Made by a program: the position numbers and the translations under genes
Assembly (NCBI GenBank): GCA_003344405.1
Contig: NOWV01000083.1
Span: 42,119-106,118, forward strand
Direction: 5' to 3'
DNA from: Trichoplax sp. H2
Lineage: Eukaryota
Length of the DNA stretch: 64,000 nt
Shown here: one piece after another, positions 60,740 to 64,000 of the stretch
How positions within the stretch are numbered: position 1 is the stretch's first letter
Layout: every line of letters starts with the position of its first letter
Notes under the pieces: generated by a model
The model's input: the letters and a program-made list of their open reading frames with translations, nothing else
Database searches by the model: none
What the model was told of the DNA's origin: nothing

Positions 60740-62584
60740 GCTGATTCTTATCTCAGACAAACATCAATTAATTACTTATGGCTTTACTGTTAGCCAATAT
60801 AAACGTAAGTAAAGTGCCCTAACTTTATTCTGTTCAATTTTTTTTGCAATTTGTAACTTTCTCTTTGTCGCTCGCTGTTGCTTCCGTTGTAACATTTCTT
60901 CCGTTACCTCTTTGCTTTGCTTGCGTCCTAGTTAAGAAAGTGGGATGTTAACTTAGAATAGATCTTTCCAATTTTCTTAGCCGTTTTTATCAAGTGTAGT
61001 AATGCATATTACTATTAACTAATTGATTACCCATAGGTAGTTCTAGTAAAGGTTCTACATATTCTACTTCTCCCATCATCGCTCGCTAAACGTAACGATT
61101 GAATAAAGTCCAGATAATTTCAATAGTACAATAGTCCATCTTTATAATTTTTAAACAAGCACATAGTCTCACTTGTCTTGCAGTCATCATGGATTTCTTC
61201 CTTGAAGTTCTGACTCTTCCATTTTCATCTAAGTCTCCGCTTTCCAGAGCAGCAAGCCATTCGTCCTCACTTATACAAATATGCAATGAACGAATGATAC
61301 ACGTTGACAATGGTGTAAAGCAGAAGACAAAATTAGATTTCTATAAATAAATATAGCAGTTGTTCTTGGACTATAAAGGGCTGCTCTTCTACCTGTCTCC
61401 ATTTTCTACATTGACTTCTTGGGATTTTTCATCTGCAGATGCTGTTCATATAGATTATTTCATTAAGCCATAGCTATACATTTTTGGCAATACTGGCCTT
61501 ATAAAATTGTATTAATTATGCTATGTACAGTATACTAAAAGATAGAAAATAATGCATTTTATGATTTTACCATAATGTTCATCTTCGTGTCTTTCGCTAT
61601 TAGCACTGTAGACCTCTATATCTTCTTCTTCTTCAGATACCATAAACTCTCTAACCCTGTGATACAAGATAGGAGTCTATCTTAATTTATTCATAAAACG
61701 CTAGCATTTTAGGAGCCCGATTTACAGTATACGGGCGTAAAACTCTAGTTTATGAATGATTGTACGTTGTTATGCAGTTTATTCAATTTCGCGAGATTTT
61801 AGTGCAAGGGGCTAGTGTACCTCTCATGATAGTCGTTTATGACAGTAAATGCACTATAAAAGAATTGAAATAATTTAAATCCTGCAATTTTTTAATCAGA
61901 CAAACTTACTGTGCGTGGGTCGTAGCTAATGTTTGGCCACCGAGTTTAATCTTTAATTTGACTTCTCTACCTTTACTTTCAGACGACTCTTCCATTGAGC
62001 CATGTTCTTTCTTTCTTTTATGTTTCTTATGCTTATGTTTATGCTTCTTTTTATGAGTTGGTCCTGAACAAGATAAAGCTAAGCTGTAGTCTGATCTACC
62101 TATTTATACCTTTACTAAATCATACGGTGTAAATGATCGTATGGTAGATACTACTAGATACTATTGTGGTCAATTATAATAATTAGTTTCACGATCACTG
62201 TATCGGCATCAGGATGAGCAAGTAAAGAAATGATATGTAGTTATGCCCCAACTGCTATTGATATACCTAATTGTTTAATACAGTAAATGAAAGTATTGAA
62301 AATCTAATCTCCAACAATAGTAGAATTAAATATTACGTAGATTTGTAAATTTATCTACCAAAAATAAAAATTGACCTATCTAATGCGCTGCAATCAGCAG
62401 AGAAATACACACCGTTGATTACTGAATATCTACAGTATACGTACAATATACTGTACATACTGTATACTGTATAATAGTTTCGTCAGTCTCATGATAAGGT
62501 GAAATGGTTAAAATACTACATCGTGAACTTACTTGAATTATTTACTTCCTCTTCCAATTCTTTATTCGATTTCTGTTTCCCCAT
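60740..62584 (-). CDS. Unidentified multi-exon gene: K/H-rich N-terminus, acidic stretch, basic C-terminus
   Basis: Mapped exons: 62533-62584 (MGKQKSNKELEEEVNNS, donor GTAAGT), ~61971-62063 (PTHKKKHKHKHKKHKRKKEHGSMEESSESK), 61571-61648 (FMVSEEEEDIEVYSANSERHEDEHY), 61393-61441 (SADEKSQEVNVENGD), 61173-61269 (SEDEWLAALESGDLDENGRVRTSRKKSMMTARQ). Phases are mutually consistent. A probable basic C-terminal exon lies ~60745-60870 (..LQRKQQRATKRKLQIAKKIEQNK..). No homolog recognised. Confidence 0.45.
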
Positions 62585-62799
62585 TACAGTTCTTAATGCC
62601 GCGCCAATCTATTGATGAAAATTAGTTTCAGCAACAACTGAAAATAATATTCCAATCTCTCTCTTCTCTCTTCAGTAGTCCACTAGTCCCCCTATACTGC
62701 ACATTGCTCCATACAATCCGTTGATCTGCATCAATTCTTATGAGTTGTCAATTTCTAGAGCTTCTTCTAGCCGATATGGTGTGCCGATACCAGTACGGT

Positions 62800-62960
62800 A
62801 CGGTAAGTCAATGTACAGTACTGTATAGTATTGTACCGTAAATACTATTCAGGTGCTTGAGTACCGTACAGTACAGTACTGTGTATGGTAGTCACAAATA
62901 CGGTACAGTGCAATGTACTGTACACTAGTGCGGTACTGTACTGTATGACACGGCCAGTCT
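62800..62960. repeat. Palindromic TACTGTACAGTA-type repeat cluster
   Basis: gtacggtacggtaagtcaatgtacagtactgtatagtattgtaccgtaaatac...gtaccgtacagtacagtactgtgtatgg...gtacagtgcaatgtactgtacactagtgcggtactgtactgtatg. Confidence 0.85.
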
Positions 62961-64000
62961 GACTGTACCCTGCACTCTCCTGGTACGCGCACAGTTGGGT
63001 TGAAATCTAGCAAGATTCGAAAATGGCGTGCGGCTATCTATCGCCACTAACTGGAGACTAACATTGAAACGATTTACTGTAAAATTGATACACTATAAAT
63101 AAGATTGCTGTTGTCACGATCGTTTACTTTAAATTGTGGCTTGAAAATTGAATTCATCCGGCTTGATTATGGAGTCAACATTCGAAGCTAATGATAATCC
63201 AGACGGTAGGTAGTATCCATATTTTGAACTTGGTGTTACAGACGGTCAAAAACTAATTTCCAAACTACACATTTATGCAATGGTTTTTATGATAGCGGGT
63301 ATAAACGCATATTAACGACTTAAATTATCTTAGCCAACTGTAAAATTATGTCTTTAAACCTACTGTTAAGATACTGAATAACACTCAATACAAGAGCGTT
63401 GCTAGCTGATACTGGTTGACGTTATCAAATTAGTCAAAAATTAATCTGTAGTCTCAATTAATTACAGAATTATAGTACAGTAGTGTTTGAATGTACTGTT
63501 TCCATTTGCATATTCTCGCTGACAAAATATGGACAATGCCATTCTACGTGATGATTACAATTTCGAATGACTTATCACACTGTAAAGTAGATCATCTTTT
63601 CGTAGCAAAGATGATCACATTAGTACGTAATACAGTATGTAATCGCTCAATAATGCAGTACTAATTCAGAATTACATACTGTATGATATTTCAGACTTCA
63701 AACGTGAAACATATTCGTTATTACTATACTTCTTAATCACAGGCCACGGCTACAAAGATGTTGAATAGAGATCCGTTAAAAAGTGTCTACCTATTTACTT
63801 CGCTTCATGTTCTAGTGATTGCTATTCCTAGAAAAGCTGTTTGTGCAATATTGTATGAAGTATAAGTATTGTACTTCATCTACTATGTACTGTACTGTAT
63901 GGAGCTAAACTATCAACCTTTATTAGCCAGATTGTTATACCGCACGAGTAGATAGATACATATCAGCTCTTGAGATTTTTGTTCGTTTGATACTACGAAA

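Overview
This window is AT-rich (~68% AT) metazoan nuclear DNA with short GT-AG introns. I found no prokaryotic features and no CRISPR. I followed splice phase across exons by hand, and that was decisive for most boundaries. Coordinates may be off by a few nt.

Genes in order:
- Three tandem FAXC-like (failed axon connections / GST-fold) paralogs. Copy 1 is inverted and runs off the left edge.
- GLT1D1-like glycosyltransferase, + strand, 10 exons (9994-12844).
- NLE1 (Notchless WD40), - strand, 18 exons (13290-~16400).
- TMED2/p24, + strand, 4 exons (18585-20654).
- MRPL18, - strand, 3 exons (21356-22883).
- RILP-like RH1/RH2 protein, + strand, 6 exons (24746-30765).
- BOLA2, - strand, 3 exons (33197-33997).
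- Several weaker or unidentified genes: a two-exon + strand gene (34841-35272), a small - strand membrane-like gene (~36763-37600), an S/N/R-rich gene on the - strand (38042-41038), and a K/H-rich plus acidic gene on the - strand (~60740-62584).
- A large TRPM-family cation channel, + strand, at least 18 exons (45348-54781), with a long disordered MHR insert of the kind seen in TRPM3/6/7.
- Delta-tubulin (TUBD1), + strand, 5 exons (57343-59386).

Intergenic and intronic DNA is dominated by clusters of a palindromic simple repeat built on TACTGTACAGTA. There are also a few other small repeats: a 3-copy ~60 bp dispersed element, a ~130 bp tandem duplication, a long imperfect hairpin, and a 10-mer tandem.

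The most notable anomalies:
- An apparent +1 frameshift in a homopolymer run inside an NLE1 exon.
- One well-supported GC-AG intron in NLE1, plus one tentative GC-AG intron in GLT1D1.
- An inverted tandem FAXC triplication with conserved intron position and phase.

I see no novel 'system' in the defence-island sense.
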